Of a stretch of 64,000 nucleotides of DNA, positions 39,882-49,886 are shown piece after piece (positions within the stretch are counted from its first letter, which is position 1; each line of letters starts with the position of its first letter). Under the pieces are notes generated by a model. It did no database searches and had not been told where the DNA came from. It saw nothing but the letters and a program-made list of their open reading frames with translations. The position numbers were made by a program, and so were the translations under genes. The stretch is taken from the IMG/VR virus record IMGVR_UViG_3300025121_000014, positions 96,001 through 160,000 of that record; one strand, 5' to 3'. The DNA is from a virus. Lineage: Duplodnaviria > Caudoviricetes.

Positions 39882-40331
39882 ATGAAAACAATGGAAATAA
39901 TAAAAACAGAAAAAATAGAATCTAATAATGTAAATGAATTAGTTAAAGCATTCAACAATTTTGTTGAAGAATTAAAAGAAACGATGGAAAGTAAAACATA
40001 TCAAGGAGAACCAATATATCGTTTTACAACAGAACCAAAAGAAATAAATATTTCTAATTTAAAAGAATTGGGTATTAGAGATATTAAAAGATTTAAAAGA
40101 TATTTAAATAAAGCAATTTTATATAAATCAGAAAAATCAATAAATCGTTTATTTAACTTAGTATATAAAAGATTTTTAAAATTAGAAAATATACCAAGAT
40201 TTGTTTGTGATAAGCATGAAATAATACAAAAATTAAGAAAAGAATGGAAGATTCAACAAAAAATTGCTAATCAAATGTTAAAACAATACAAATTAGAAAA
40301 AGGTAATTTTTATAAAACAATAAAAGTATAA
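39882..40331 (+). CDS. Hypothetical basic protein
   Basis: 149-aa ORF. Confidence 0.55.
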   Translation: MKTMEIIKTEKIESNNVNELVKAFNNFVEELKETMESKTYQGEPIYRFTTEPKEINISNLKELGIRDIKRFKRYLNKAILYKSEKSINRLFNLVYKRFLKLENIPRFVCDKHEIIQKLRKEWKIQQKIANQMLKQYKLEKGNFYKTIKV

Positions 40332-40333
40332 TA

Positions 40334-40375
40334 TTTAAAATGCAAGGATATTTAAAAATATCCTTGCATTTTAAA
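40334..40375. repeat. Perfect 20-bp inverted repeat, possibly a terminator, overlapping the tRNA promoter
   Basis: TTTAAAATGCAAGGATATTT-AA-AAATATCCTTGCATTTTAAA. Confidence 0.85.
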
Positions 40376-40405
40376 AAATTTTATTTATCTTTGTAAATGA
40401 AAAAT

Positions 40406-40480
40406 GGCCTCATAGTTCTAATTGTGCAGAATAGCGGGTTCTAACCCCGAAGGTTGTAGGTTCGAATCCTACTGAGGTCA
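40406..40480 (+). tRNA. tRNA with anticodon CUA (putative amber suppressor); CCA not encoded
   Basis: Acceptor GGCCTCA/TGAGGTC, D stem GTTC/GAAT, anticodon arm GCGGG-TTCTAAC-CCCGA, variable AGGTT, T arm GTAGG-TTCGAAT-CCTAC. Confidence 0.8.
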
Positions 40481-40568
40481 CAAATTATAATTTAAATCGA
40501 CTAATAAAATACAAAAATTTGAATATCATCATCCGTATCGTTATATTAATTTTTAAATATTTAAATAA

Positions 40569-41459
40569 ATGACAGCATCAAAATTATTATTTGATTTTAC
40601 AAATAAATTTCAAAATAAATATCGATTTAATCCGGTTTTTAATACTTTTGTAGATTTTATGTATAGATTAGACGATTATAATTATTTAAAATTGAATTTT
40701 CCTAACGTATATAAAAATTTCTTTAAAAATAATAAAAATTGTGAAATTAAAAACGGAGATAATGGTTATTTATTATTTGATAATGAAAAACAAAAAATTA
40801 AATTAGGTAAATTTTTATCAAGTTTACGACAAGATTCAACTAAACGCAAACTTGATAAAAGTGAAATATATTCAATAGAAAATATAGTAAATTCGTATAA
40901 ATCTTGGGCAAATATAAATAATAAATTTAAATTTGTAGAATTAAAAGGTCGTGAAATTGTTACCAAAGGATATAATACACGATATTATTATATAAAAATG
41001 GGAACATTGCTTAGATCTTGTATGAATAATAAAAAATTATTTATAGGTTTATATAAACGAAATAAGAAAAAAATATCTTTATTGACATTGCAAGATAATA
41101 ACGGCAAAATTCACACAAGAGCATTAGTATGGAAATTAGATAGACCATTTAATACAATATTAATGGATCGTGTTTATTATATAAGTGATTATATGATAGA
41201 TATGTTTCAAGAATATGCTAAAGAAAACGGTTGGTTATATAGATCAAATTATAATACAGGAATTACTAATAAAGAATATACTAATTATAATAATAAAGAG
41301 TTATTACAAGTACAATTAAATACTTGGGGAAATATTTTTCATCCATATATGGATACTATGATTTATAGAACTGGTTTAGATGGCATTTTTACAAATAAGA
41401 AAATATTTAATACTAAATGGAAAATGACACGCACAGATGGTTTAATGACACGAATATGA
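40569..41459 (+). CDS. Phage hypothetical protein (SCM / RALVW / MDRVY / PYMDT motifs)
   Basis: Motif string familiar from phage hypotheticals; function unknown. Confidence 0.55.
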   Translation: MTASKLLFDFTNKFQNKYRFNPVFNTFVDFMYRLDDYNYLKLNFPNVYKNFFKNNKNCEIKNGDNGYLLFDNEKQKIKLGKFLSSLRQDSTKRKLDKSEIYSIENIVNSYKSWANINNKFKFVELKGREIVTKGYNTRYYYIKMGTLLRSCMNNKKLFIGLYKRNKKKISLLTLQDNNGKIHTRALVWKLDRPFNTILMDRVYYISDYMIDMFQEYAKENGWLYRSNYNTGITNKEYTNYNNKELLQVQLNTWGNIFHPYMDTMIYRTGLDGIFTNKKIFNTKWKMTRTDGLMTRI

Positions 41460-41530
41460 AAGGTACATTAAATGAACATTAAGAACTTAAACAATTTTTT
41501 TCTATTTCAACTTTTCATAAACTATACCTT

Positions 41531-42121
41531 TTAATTCATTTGTAACTGAGCTGATTTAATAGATTGTGTATATTCATTTTCAATATATTCTATTATATCT
41601 TTTATAATAATATCTAAATTTTTTCTATTTGTATTTAAAGTTTCCATTTTTCTAAAAATATCATTTATTACTTCACCTTTATTAAAATCTTTTATATATT
41701 TAGATAATTTATTAGTATTAAAATATATTCTACTTAATATAAGTATATCGTCATCATATTGTGTATTTATTACATTTCTTATTTTAGAATATATAATTGA
41801 TTTTCTATAAGTATCTGATATATCATCATTAATAATAATATCTTTAATTTGAATCATCACTATAAATTTAGATTTTTTTAGTGCAATATCTATAACATCC
41901 ATACTACTTTGTAAATCAAGAACATTTTTAAACCTATTAATTTCTTCAATTTTTGTCAATAATTTGGTATTTTGTTCATCAAATTGTTTTATTAATTCAC
42001 TATGTTGTTTTTTACGACTTCTATGATTTACTACAAATGGTACTATATAAACAATTGAAGCTATAAAGAATGCAATTAATGTATAAATGTTTGTAACATA
42101 TTTTACTATTTCACCGTCCAT
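41531..42121 (-). CDS. N-terminally membrane-anchored protein
   Basis: Single hydrophobic N-terminal helix followed by a coiled segment. Confidence 0.55.
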   Translation of the reverse strand: MDGEIVKYVTNIYTLIAFFIASIVYIVPFVVNHRSRKKQHSELIKQFDEQNTKLLTKIEEINRFKNVLDLQSSMDVIDIALKKSKFIVMIQIKDIIINDDISDTYRKSIIYSKIRNVINTQYDDDILILSRIYFNTNKLSKYIKDFNKGEVINDIFRKMETLNTNRKNLDIIIKDIIEYIENEYTQSIKSAQLQMN

Positions 42122-42206
42122 AAAAATAAGATACTTTTATATCTATATATTCTTATTCTTAATCTTATTTTTTAATATATAATATAAGAAAAAATTATTT
42201 TTTTAA

Positions 42207-44657
42207 ATGTATTATTTATTAGATAAAAGTTATGATGAAACATTAACCATTAATTTTATAGGATCAGAACAATTCACATATTCTGGAAATACTTTAATTT
42301 TGGTAACACCTTGTATAAGTGGAGTTACAGATATAACATCATATTCTGATACTATATCTGGTGAAACATCTAATGTATATTTAGAAAAATATTTCAGATA
42401 TAAAAATTGCATTAATCAAGTATGGTCTGATGTTATGCCTATGTCAGCAATAACAAGTCTAGAATTTTGTTCTGATAAACCACTATTATTAGAATTAAGA
42501 TATTATAGAGTAGATAATACTGGAATTAATTCAGGAGTAACTATAACTTTATCAAATGTTTCCATTAGTGGAACTTATGATTTAACAATGTCTGATAGTG
42601 AAATTATTTTAGTAACAGGAGATCCTGCACAAATTTTAGAAGTAGGAGATATTTTAAAAATATTTTCAATAACCGATTTTACTGTTATATCTACTGATCC
42701 AACAAATGAATCTTTTACTATTAAATATAGATATTCACAAAATGATAAATTAACTTGGACAGAATGGGAACCTTTAACAAAACCTAACATTACAACTGTT
42801 CGTTGGGATAAATTACGTTTTGTTGATTTACAATATTTATTTATTTTAAATCCTGGATATACAACACCAGTTAAAATTTATGAAGTTCTTTTATACGGTG
42901 ATTTTCAAAACGTTACATTAAATTCTACTAAATTAAACATGTTTGGTTTAAAAGAAAATTGTATTAATATCGCATTTCCGCCTGCTAATATAACAGATAT
43001 TACAAGTGGAATAAATGAAAATGAAACATTAAGTGCTAAAACGCCAGATTCAAATACATTAAGTTTAATTACAGAATCATCTGAATATCAATTAAGAATG
43101 AATTTTTTAACACAAGGTTTGAATTGTTATTCTGATCCAGAAGGAATATCACAAATTGATTTACTTAAAGCTGAAAATGAATCTAATAAAGCTAATTTTT
43201 GGAATCCTTATGATTTTAATAAAATAATTGATTTTCATAATATGTTATCTACACAAATATCAGAAATGTTAGGCATGGTTGTTGATTATCATTTAGCTGA
43301 TGTAGATGGAAATGGTATTGATAAAATATTAAATGAAATACAATTGTTTAATATTGTTGCATATAAAACAATTAAAGTTGTAGTTCCAGAAAATCAATTT
43401 CCAGATAATCAAATAGTAATAAATCAATTTAATTTAGATTTATTTGACACATTTAAAGTACATATAGTTAAAGAAGATTTTAAAAAAGCATTCGGTATTA
43501 ATAAAAGACCTGGACAAGAAGATATATTATATTTTTGTCAAACTAATAGAATGTATATTGTTAAACATGCGCAAATTCATAAAGATGTTATGAATGCAGG
43601 TGTTTATTATAATGTTATTCTTGAAAAATACGAACAAAGATCAAATGTTCTTAATAGAATTGAAGAATCAAGAAATAAAATTGAAGAACTTACACGTAAT
43701 ACTACAATAGATGAATTATTTGGAATAGAACAAGAAGATGATTTCAAACAAATAGCTAATAAAGAACAAATGAAACCTCATTCATTCGATTTTAATAGAT
43801 TAATTATAAACTCAAATACTGTAATAATTAAAGAAGCTGTTTATAATGGTGATATTAAAATTATTGAAAGTGTTTATGATTTAGCTAATGTACCTGGAAC
43901 AACAAAAGCAATAGAATATACAAAACTTGATAATGTATTATTAGAATCGGATAATAGATCATTTATTGTATGGTTTAATATTCCTAGTAATTTTGATGAA
44001 AATAACGCTATAACTAAAAGAGTTATTGCTAATTATGATATAGACGATAGTAAATATTATTTTATAAATAATAGAACTGAAGATGGTTTAGGATATGATA
44101 TTTGGTATCAACAAGATAAAATATGGTTGATGATTAATGATACAATTCATAGTATGAACGCTGATGTTATGAAAGATGTTTGGTTTGCAGTATTAATTAA
44201 TATTGACCAAAGACAACGTACAGTTGAAATGTCATTATTAAGAAGAAATTCTACAGTATATGTAACTCTATTCCATCCAACTACTTATGAAAAAATGGTA
44301 TTAGATTTAGAAACAGATATATCTGATATAGAATATGAAATGGAAGTAAATGGATTTAGAGCTGTTCATAACGAAGAAATTGTTTCAACACAATCTAATC
44401 CTTCTTTTAAAGAAATGAATACGTATTTCGCATCAGGAACAACACCATTAACATTTGAACACAATATGAATTTATCTGTTAATGGTTCTAAAATGTATTT
44501 AACCAATATTAGAATATTAAATGATTTAGTCAGATCTGACATAAAACAAGTAGTTCTTAACGAATTAATTATAAAAAATGCACAACATTTAATATTAGCA
44601 GATAATGCAATTAAAAAATTACAAACTACAAATTATCCTAATAAACAATGGAGATGA
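42207..44657 (+). CDS. Large putative virion structural protein
   Basis: 816 aa; preceded by TTAATATATA (42172); LamG-like C-terminal WFAVLINID. Confidence 0.5.
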   Translation: MYYLLDKSYDETLTINFIGSEQFTYSGNTLILVTPCISGVTDITSYSDTISGETSNVYLEKYFRYKNCINQVWSDVMPMSAITSLEFCSDKPLLLELRYYRVDNTGINSGVTITLSNVSISGTYDLTMSDSEIILVTGDPAQILEVGDILKIFSITDFTVISTDPTNESFTIKYRYSQNDKLTWTEWEPLTKPNITTVRWDKLRFVDLQYLFILNPGYTTPVKIYEVLLYGDFQNVTLNSTKLNMFGLKENCINIAFPPANITDITSGINENETLSAKTPDSNTLSLITESSEYQLRMNFLTQGLNCYSDPEGISQIDLLKAENESNKANFWNPYDFNKIIDFHNMLSTQISEMLGMVVDYHLADVDGNGIDKILNEIQLFNIVAYKTIKVVVPENQFPDNQIVINQFNLDLFDTFKVHIVKEDFKKAFGINKRPGQEDILYFCQTNRMYIVKHAQIHKDVMNAGVYYNVILEKYEQRSNVLNRIEESRNKIEELTRNTTIDELFGIEQEDDFKQIANKEQMKPHSFDFNRLIINSNTVIIKEAVYNGDIKIIESVYDLANVPGTTKAIEYTKLDNVLLESDNRSFIVWFNIPSNFDENNAITKRVIANYDIDDSKYYFINNRTEDGLGYDIWYQQDKIWLMINDTIHSMNADVMKDVWFAVLINIDQRQRTVEMSLLRRNSTVYVTLFHPTTYEKMVLDLETDISDIEYEMEVNGFRAVHNEEIVSTQSNPSFKEMNTYFASGTTPLTFEHNMNLSVNGSKMYLTNIRILNDLVRSDIKQVVLNELIIKNAQHLILADNAIKKLQTTNYPNKQWR

Positions 44658-44685
44658 AACATTTAAACAATTTATAAAATAAAAA

Positions 44686-45165
44686 ATGATAAATAATGAA
44701 TTAAAATTTTCTATTTTAATTTATTTTACTTATCTTTGTGTTATGTATACAAAAGTAATATTTGAATTTTATATAAAAGATACACCTAATAATAAAATAT
44801 TTACGTGTCGTAGATGGTTTAATGATTGTCGTAATCTTATTAATCTTAGAAGTACATTTAGTCGAGATATGAATTATAAAATGTATTATTATGAAATATT
44901 TGGATTTAATATATTAAAATTTACTTATCATAATAATATTGATGATGGTGATATCATAAATTCAACTAAAATAATAAACAAAAGAGATTATGACCTCCAT
45001 ATTACTAAAGAAGAAAAACCTAAACATATTCCTGAATATGTAGAAAAATATATTGATGATTGTAATATGCCTAAAAAAATAGATACTAATAGTATCGATG
45101 ATATTAAAGAAAAGAAAAATAAAATAAGAGAAAAATTATTCTCAAATAAAACAAAAACAATATGA
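44686..45165 (+). CDS. Hypothetical protein, paralog 1 of a triplet (likely start 44743)
   Basis: YTKVIFEFYIKD.P..K..C..W; TATCTTTG at 44731. Confidence 0.55.
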   Translation: MINNELKFSILIYFTYLCVMYTKVIFEFYIKDTPNNKIFTCRRWFNDCRNLINLRSTFSRDMNYKMYYYEIFGFNILKFTYHNNIDDGDIINSTKIINKRDYDLHITKEEKPKHIPEYVEKYIDDCNMPKKIDTNSIDDIKEKKNKIREKLFSNKTKTI

Positions 45166-45518
45166 AATACACAAAAGTAGAACTTGATTTTTATATAAAA
45201 GAATTTCCTATTGGACAAATTTTGAGATGTATAATATGGTATGATGATAGTTTATTAGAATATGAAATAAAAGAAAATTTAGATAATTATCAAAAAAATA
45301 ATCATAAAAAAATTTCTAAATATGTTATAGCAGGATTTAAAATAATAAATTGGTCATATCATAATGAAAAAGAAGAAAAATATATGTCTAATAGTGCATA
45401 TATTCAAAATAAAAAATATTACGATATTAAAAAAGACAATATAACAAATTTTATAAATGATAATTTATTAGATGATTTAAGTTTTAGAAAAATGAATATA
45501 AGAAATAGACTATCTTAA
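45162..45518 (+). CDS. Hypothetical protein, paralog 2
   Basis: YTKVELDFYIKEFPIGQILRCIIW. Confidence 0.55.
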   Translation: MKYTKVELDFYIKEFPIGQILRCIIWYDDSLLEYEIKENLDNYQKNNHKKISKYVIAGFKIINWSYHNEKEEKYMSNSAYIQNKKYYDIKKDNITNFINDNLLDDLSFRKMNIRNRLS

Positions 45519-45569
45519 TTTTGTAATTTAAAATATATTAATTATTTTTGTATGACAAATTAAAATTTT

Positions 45570-46538
45570 ATGACACAAACTAAAGCATTTATTGATATTT
45601 ATACAAAAGACTATCCAGTAGGAAAAGTTTTGAAATGTAATATGTGGTTAGAAGGAGAATATACTGATAATATGGTATGTGAATTATTATCTAATGGATT
45701 AAGTGATTATGTGAATGGTATAAAAAAATTCAGAAATAAATATATTGTAGCTGGTTTTAAAGTTAATTTTACTATGTATTTTAAAAATAAAGATGAAAAT
45801 AATAGTTTTAATGAAATTATAATAATGGACGAAAGAGATTATAAACAGAACAATACTATATTATTAAATAATAATCGATTAAATAATAATCGATTAAATA
45901 ACATATCAATTACTAAAGTTGATGGTCGTGTTATAGTTGAAGGATCTGAAAATTCACAAAAAGTAGAACTTACATCCGATTTAAAAATAGCTACTGATGG
46001 TGGTTCGACCATAAATATTAATGATAAAACAACTGAAAAAAAGAAATTTGTAAAAGCTAATTTAAAAAATCTTAGACTATATTTATACAATAATGAAGAA
46101 TTAACCGAATTAAAACATAAATTAGAAATTGAATTTTTTAAAAGAAAATATAAATTAAGTGATGATGAATTTACATATTATTTAGAAAATAGAAATATTA
46201 TAAAACCCGAAAATATTAAAAAATCATTTAAAAGAAATGGTGGAGATGCATTTAAAATTAAAAAAAATAGAATTAGAAAAAAATTATTCCCACTTGATAA
46301 AAATGATAAAATAATTGATACTACTATAAAAAATGATAGTGAAAATATTGTTGAAAAAAAAAGTCCAATAATCCCTGAATTATCTCCTGATGCGATTAAA
46401 ATTGCATCTGAAATTAAACCAAAATCAAGAATTAAAATTATTAAACCTAAAACAACAAAATATAAAAAAATGAATGGAAAAACAACACCAGTATCAAAAA
46501 CAACAATTAATGAACTACCAACTACACTAAAGATGTAG
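45570..46538 (+). CDS. Hypothetical protein, paralog 3; 3' end altered by the IS insertion
   Basis: TKAFIDIYTKDYPVGKVLKCNMW; the empty site restores ..KTTINKTIKIENPLKN*. Confidence 0.6.
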   Translation: MTQTKAFIDIYTKDYPVGKVLKCNMWLEGEYTDNMVCELLSNGLSDYVNGIKKFRNKYIVAGFKVNFTMYFKNKDENNSFNEIIIMDERDYKQNNTILLNNNRLNNNRLNNISITKVDGRVIVEGSENSQKVELTSDLKIATDGGSTININDKTTEKKKFVKANLKNLRLYLYNNEELTELKHKLEIEFFKRKYKLSDDEFTYYLENRNIIKPENIKKSFKRNGGDAFKIKKNRIRKKLFPLDKNDKIIDTTIKNDSENIVEKKSPIIPELSPDAIKIASEIKPKSRIKIIKPKTTKYKKMNGKTTPVSKTTINELPTTLKM

Positions 46539-47969
46539 TGGTTTCTGAATCGAACTGATTCATCTCTTTAAGCACTTCATTGCCGTTGCCTAATTTCTTA
46601 GGTCTTATTTTTGCTCCATGCTCGTAATCAGACGTTCCATCTGATATATTTTTTCTATATCCTTCATTGAGGATATTGATTGCTGCATTTACATCTCTGT
46701 CTTGTTTTTCACCACACTTACAATCCCAAGTTCGGTCTTTTAATGTTAAACCATTATTGATCCACCCGCACTTACTACAAGTCTTACTTGAAGGAAAAAA
46801 TCTATCTATGTGTATGACTTGTTTATCATTCCATTCAGCCTTGTATTCAAGGATATTAATGAAAGTTGACCAAGCAACATCTAAAATTGATTTGTTTAAT
46901 CCTGATTTAGCAGACTGACCATTTGGAAGATATTTACCATTTTCATCTTGTTTTGATTTACACCTATGAGACATACCTTTAACATTTAAGTCTTCAAGGT
47001 AAATCACATCAAATTGTTTTATTAAATCTAAAGCGGTTTTATGTATTAAATCCATTCTTGAATTACTTATCTTTTCATGTATCCTTGCAACTTTAATTCT
47101 TTGCTTTTCATAACGAATTGATTGTTTTACTTTTCTTGATAGAGATTGTTGATTTAATTTTAATTGATGTTGATAGTGTTTTAAAAATCTATGGTTCTTG
47201 ATTTTCGTTCCATTAGATAACACTAAAAAATCTTTTAATCCTAAATCTATTCCTACTGATAATCCACTTTTATTCATTGATATGTATTCCATTTCAGTTA
47301 AAATAGAAACAAAATACTTACCAGTAGGTGTTTTTGATATAACACAGTGTTTTATAACACCATTTATTTTACGTTCCATAATCATTTCAATACCATCTTT
47401 TCTAAACTTTGGTATGTAAAGTTTATTTTTCTTTACAGATACAAATTGTGGTATGGTAAATGAATTTTTTGATTTTCTTGACTTAAATTTTGGAAATTTT
47501 GTCCTCTTTTTAAAAAATCCATCATATGCAGTATCTAAACAATTTAAAGAAAATTGAAGTGTCTGACTATTAATTTCTTTCAACCATTTTTTATCTTCAA
47601 GTTTTTTAATTTGAGTTAATTCTTTTGATTGGTCATAATAATTTAAAGTTTTCTTATTGTTTAAATATTCATTTTTTCTTTGATTTAAAAAATAATTATA
47701 CACAAACCTCACTGAACCAAAATGTTTATTCAATAACACTTGTTGTTGTTCTGTTGGTTCTAATCTAAACTTATATGTATATCTAATTATTTTCATTTTT
47801 TATGTCAAAGTTTTTTCTTAACATAAGTATATATTAAAAGAAAAATGTCTGTTTTTCCATTTTTGAATTATTTATTAAAACTTTTAACTATTTTCAAAAT
47901 AATTAAAACCCGTTTTGGTCAAATTCATCCATTAAACTAAAGATTTAACGGTTTTCTTTGACGGTCAGT
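46510..47969 (-). mobile_element. IS200/IS605-family (tnpB-only, IS1341-like) element T1
   Basis: TTTAT (plus-strand ATAAA 47970-74), left-end hairpin 47918-47969, right end GAAACCACTACATCTTTAGTGTAGTTGGTAGTTCAT. Confidence 0.88.
46522..47796 (-). CDS. tnpB: RNA-guided endonuclease TnpB, apparently intact
   Basis: YTYKFRLEPT HTH, GIDLG, YLEDL, CSKC..CKC zinc finger, DRDVNAAINI. Confidence 0.93.
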   Translation of the reverse strand: MKIIRYTYKFRLEPTEQQQVLLNKHFGSVRFVYNYFLNQRKNEYLNNKKTLNYYDQSKELTQIKKLEDKKWLKEINSQTLQFSLNCLDTAYDGFFKKRTKFPKFKSRKSKNSFTIPQFVSVKKNKLYIPKFRKDGIEMIMERKINGVIKHCVISKTPTGKYFVSILTEMEYISMNKSGLSVGIDLGLKDFLVLSNGTKIKNHRFLKHYQHQLKLNQQSLSRKVKQSIRYEKQRIKVARIHEKISNSRMDLIHKTALDLIKQFDVIYLEDLNVKGMSHRCKSKQDENGKYLPNGQSAKSGLNKSILDVAWSTFINILEYKAEWNDKQVIHIDRFFPSSKTCSKCGWINNGLTLKDRTWDCKCGEKQDRDVNAAINILNEGYRKNISDGTSDYEHGAKIRPKKLGNGNEVLKEMNQFDSETTTSLV

Positions 47970-47987
47970 ATAAAACAATAAAAATCG

Positions 47988-48016
47988 AAAACCCCCTTAA
48001 AAATTAAGGGGGTTTT
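47988..48016. terminator. Bidirectional hairpin terminator
   Basis: AAAACCCCCTTAA-AAA-TTAAGGGGGTTTT between convergent genes. Confidence 0.8.
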
Positions 48017-48021
48017 TTGTT

Positions 48022-48507
48022 TTACAATGTTAAACATTTTTTGATATCTTTAGATTTAAAATAAATAAATATTTTTTCTCGTTGTTTAACATTAGTCGTT
48101 TCAATATTATTTAATTTTTTCTCTATGTTTTTAATATAAATAATTAAATCATCTATACCTTGTCTATAATTAAATGGTGCTTTATAATATTCTGGAAATT
48201 TATTCATATAAGTTGTTACATCTTTTAGAATAGTATTTTTATTTATATAAAGTTCATCTTTTATTACATTACTTTTTATTTGTAATGAATCTAATACATT
48301 TTCATTAAATCTATGAATTAAATTATCAGTCTCTATAACTTTCAATAAACCAATTGCAAATGCATCTTCTTCTGACAAAGATATAGGCTTATTATCTTCT
48401 ACTATTTTTTTAATTTCTTCTTCATCATTATTATATAAACAGAATTTTTTGTATTTATCCCATAAACATCTTTGTATAATATCATTTGGTGTTATGATTA
48501 TTTGCAT
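48022..48507 (-). CDS. Hypothetical protein
   Basis: 161-aa ORF. Confidence 0.6.
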   Translation of the reverse strand: MQIIITPNDIIQRCLWDKYKKFCLYNNDEEEIKKIVEDNKPISLSEEDAFAIGLLKVIETDNLIHRFNENVLDSLQIKSNVIKDELYINKNTILKDVTTYMNKFPEYYKAPFNYRQGIDDLIIYIKNIEKKLNNIETTNVKQREKIFIYFKSKDIKKCLTL

Positions 48508-48830
48508 ATTTTTTCATTATTTTTTGCTAAATTTTCCTGTATCATTTCATATTTTTCGCATAATTTATTAAAATTGAATTCATCTGTTGAAGATAATTCA
48601 AACCATTCCCCCCAGGTGTGTTTATGTGAAAACATGTTATGTAAAGTTTTTTCAATTTTTCTACTATGTTTTGATGAATATGTATCTGCTATTTTTATTT
48701 CATACGGACATCCGGTTTGTAATTCTTTAATTCTTTTTTGAACCGAAACACCAGTATATCCAATTTTATATAGCGTTTTATCATCATTAACAATTTTTAA
48801 AAGATAAATAGTAGGACCAATTTTGACCAA
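48498..48830 (-). CDS. GIY-YIG / T5orf172-like protein
   Basis: IYLL..YKIGYT..VQKRIKELQTGCP..IEKTLH..GEWF. Confidence 0.8.
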   Translation of the reverse strand: MVKIGPTIYLLKIVNDDKTLYKIGYTGVSVQKRIKELQTGCPYEIKIADTYSSKHSRKIEKTLHNMFSHKHTWGEWFELSSTDEFNFNKLCEKYEMIQENLAKNNEKICK

Positions 48831-48878
48831 AATATATAAATTTTTATTTTTATATATTTAAAAAATTGATCCTAAATC

Positions 48879-49199
48879 TTATTTTTCTTCTTTTTCTTCT
48901 TTTTCTTCTTTAATTTCTTCTACATCAGTATAATTTTCTAGCATAGACTCTATATCTGGATCAACATCAACATCTTCGTTAATTTCGATATTCAAATCAT
49001 CATAATCAATATCAACATCAATATCAGAATTCGTAATTATTTCACCAATATCTTGCCTTTTTAAATCTTGATTTGCTCTCATTTTTTCATTGAAATCGTT
49101 TATTAATTTTTCTCGTGTTAAACGATTTGCTATTTTAACGTTCTGTTTATAAGCATTTACTTTTTGCTTATGATTTTTTCTATTTTTTGATTTTGGCAT
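48879..49199 (-). CDS. Hypothetical protein (basic N-terminus, acidic C-terminus)
   Basis: MPKSKNRKNHK.. Confidence 0.6.
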   Translation of the reverse strand: MPKSKNRKNHKQKVNAYKQNVKIANRLTREKLINDFNEKMRANQDLKRQDIGEIITNSDIDVDIDYDDLNIEINEDVDVDPDIESMLENYTDVEEIKEEKEEKEEK

Positions 49200-49203
49200 A
49201 ATT

Positions 49204-49848
49204 TTAAATATTTTTTTTTATTTTTTTTATTTTTTTTAATCTTTCAAATAAAATATTAGGATTTTCATATAGTTCAAAAACTTCTTTAAGTTGATTTTCA
49301 TCTTTAATATCATATGTATGTTGCCACACAAGACCTTCTAAATGTATATCTGTTTTATCCCTTTCAGTTTGAACTACATCAATATAAAATGATTTAGGTG
49401 TAAATGGAAAATTCCTAATATATTGACGACTTGATAATGTTTTTCCATTTTTTAACTTAATACCACCACCTTGGCTATTAGAACATATACCATTATTATC
49501 TTTAAATATAATAGCATTTATATAATAAGCTTTACCATCTTTACCTTCTTTAAATACAGCACTATTTCTATTATTTTGATATACATGTGTTTTATGTACT
49601 GTATAATTAATATCCCATTCATCATCTTCGCCTGTTAATGGTGACAATGTATTTTGTAAACATAATGTTTTTACTGCTTGGGATATTATAGAAGCCGTAT
49701 AAGGAGTTGAACCACCACTTTGTCCACTATTACCAAACTTATCTATTAATGCTAAAATTTCGTCTTTAAACGGTAAAATAATTGAATCTTGTTCTGTATT
49801 TTCAATAATTTCGAATTCCCTTATTGCTTTATTTTTTGTATAGTTCAT
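49204..49848 (-). CDS. Phage hypothetical protein
   Basis: FGNSGQSGGS, LSPLTGEDDEW motifs. Confidence 0.6.
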   Translation of the reverse strand: MNYTKNKAIREFEIIENTEQDSIILPFKDEILALIDKFGNSGQSGGSTPYTASIISQAVKTLCLQNTLSPLTGEDDEWDINYTVHKTHVYQNNRNSAVFKEGKDGKAYYINAIIFKDNNGICSNSQGGGIKLKNGKTLSSRQYIRNFPFTPKSFYIDVVQTERDKTDIHLEGLVWQHTYDIKDENQLKEVFELYENPNILFERLKKIKKIKKNI

Positions 49849-49886
49849 ATTTTTTTTAAAAACCTTTTTTATTTATATAAAAAATA

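Noticed and set aside
40433-40450. Reading the tRNA as Arg(UCU)
   Set aside because: It needs G32, no position 26, two stem mismatches and a 6-nt variable loop. The CUA register fits canonical geometry better, but this was not tested by a covariance model.
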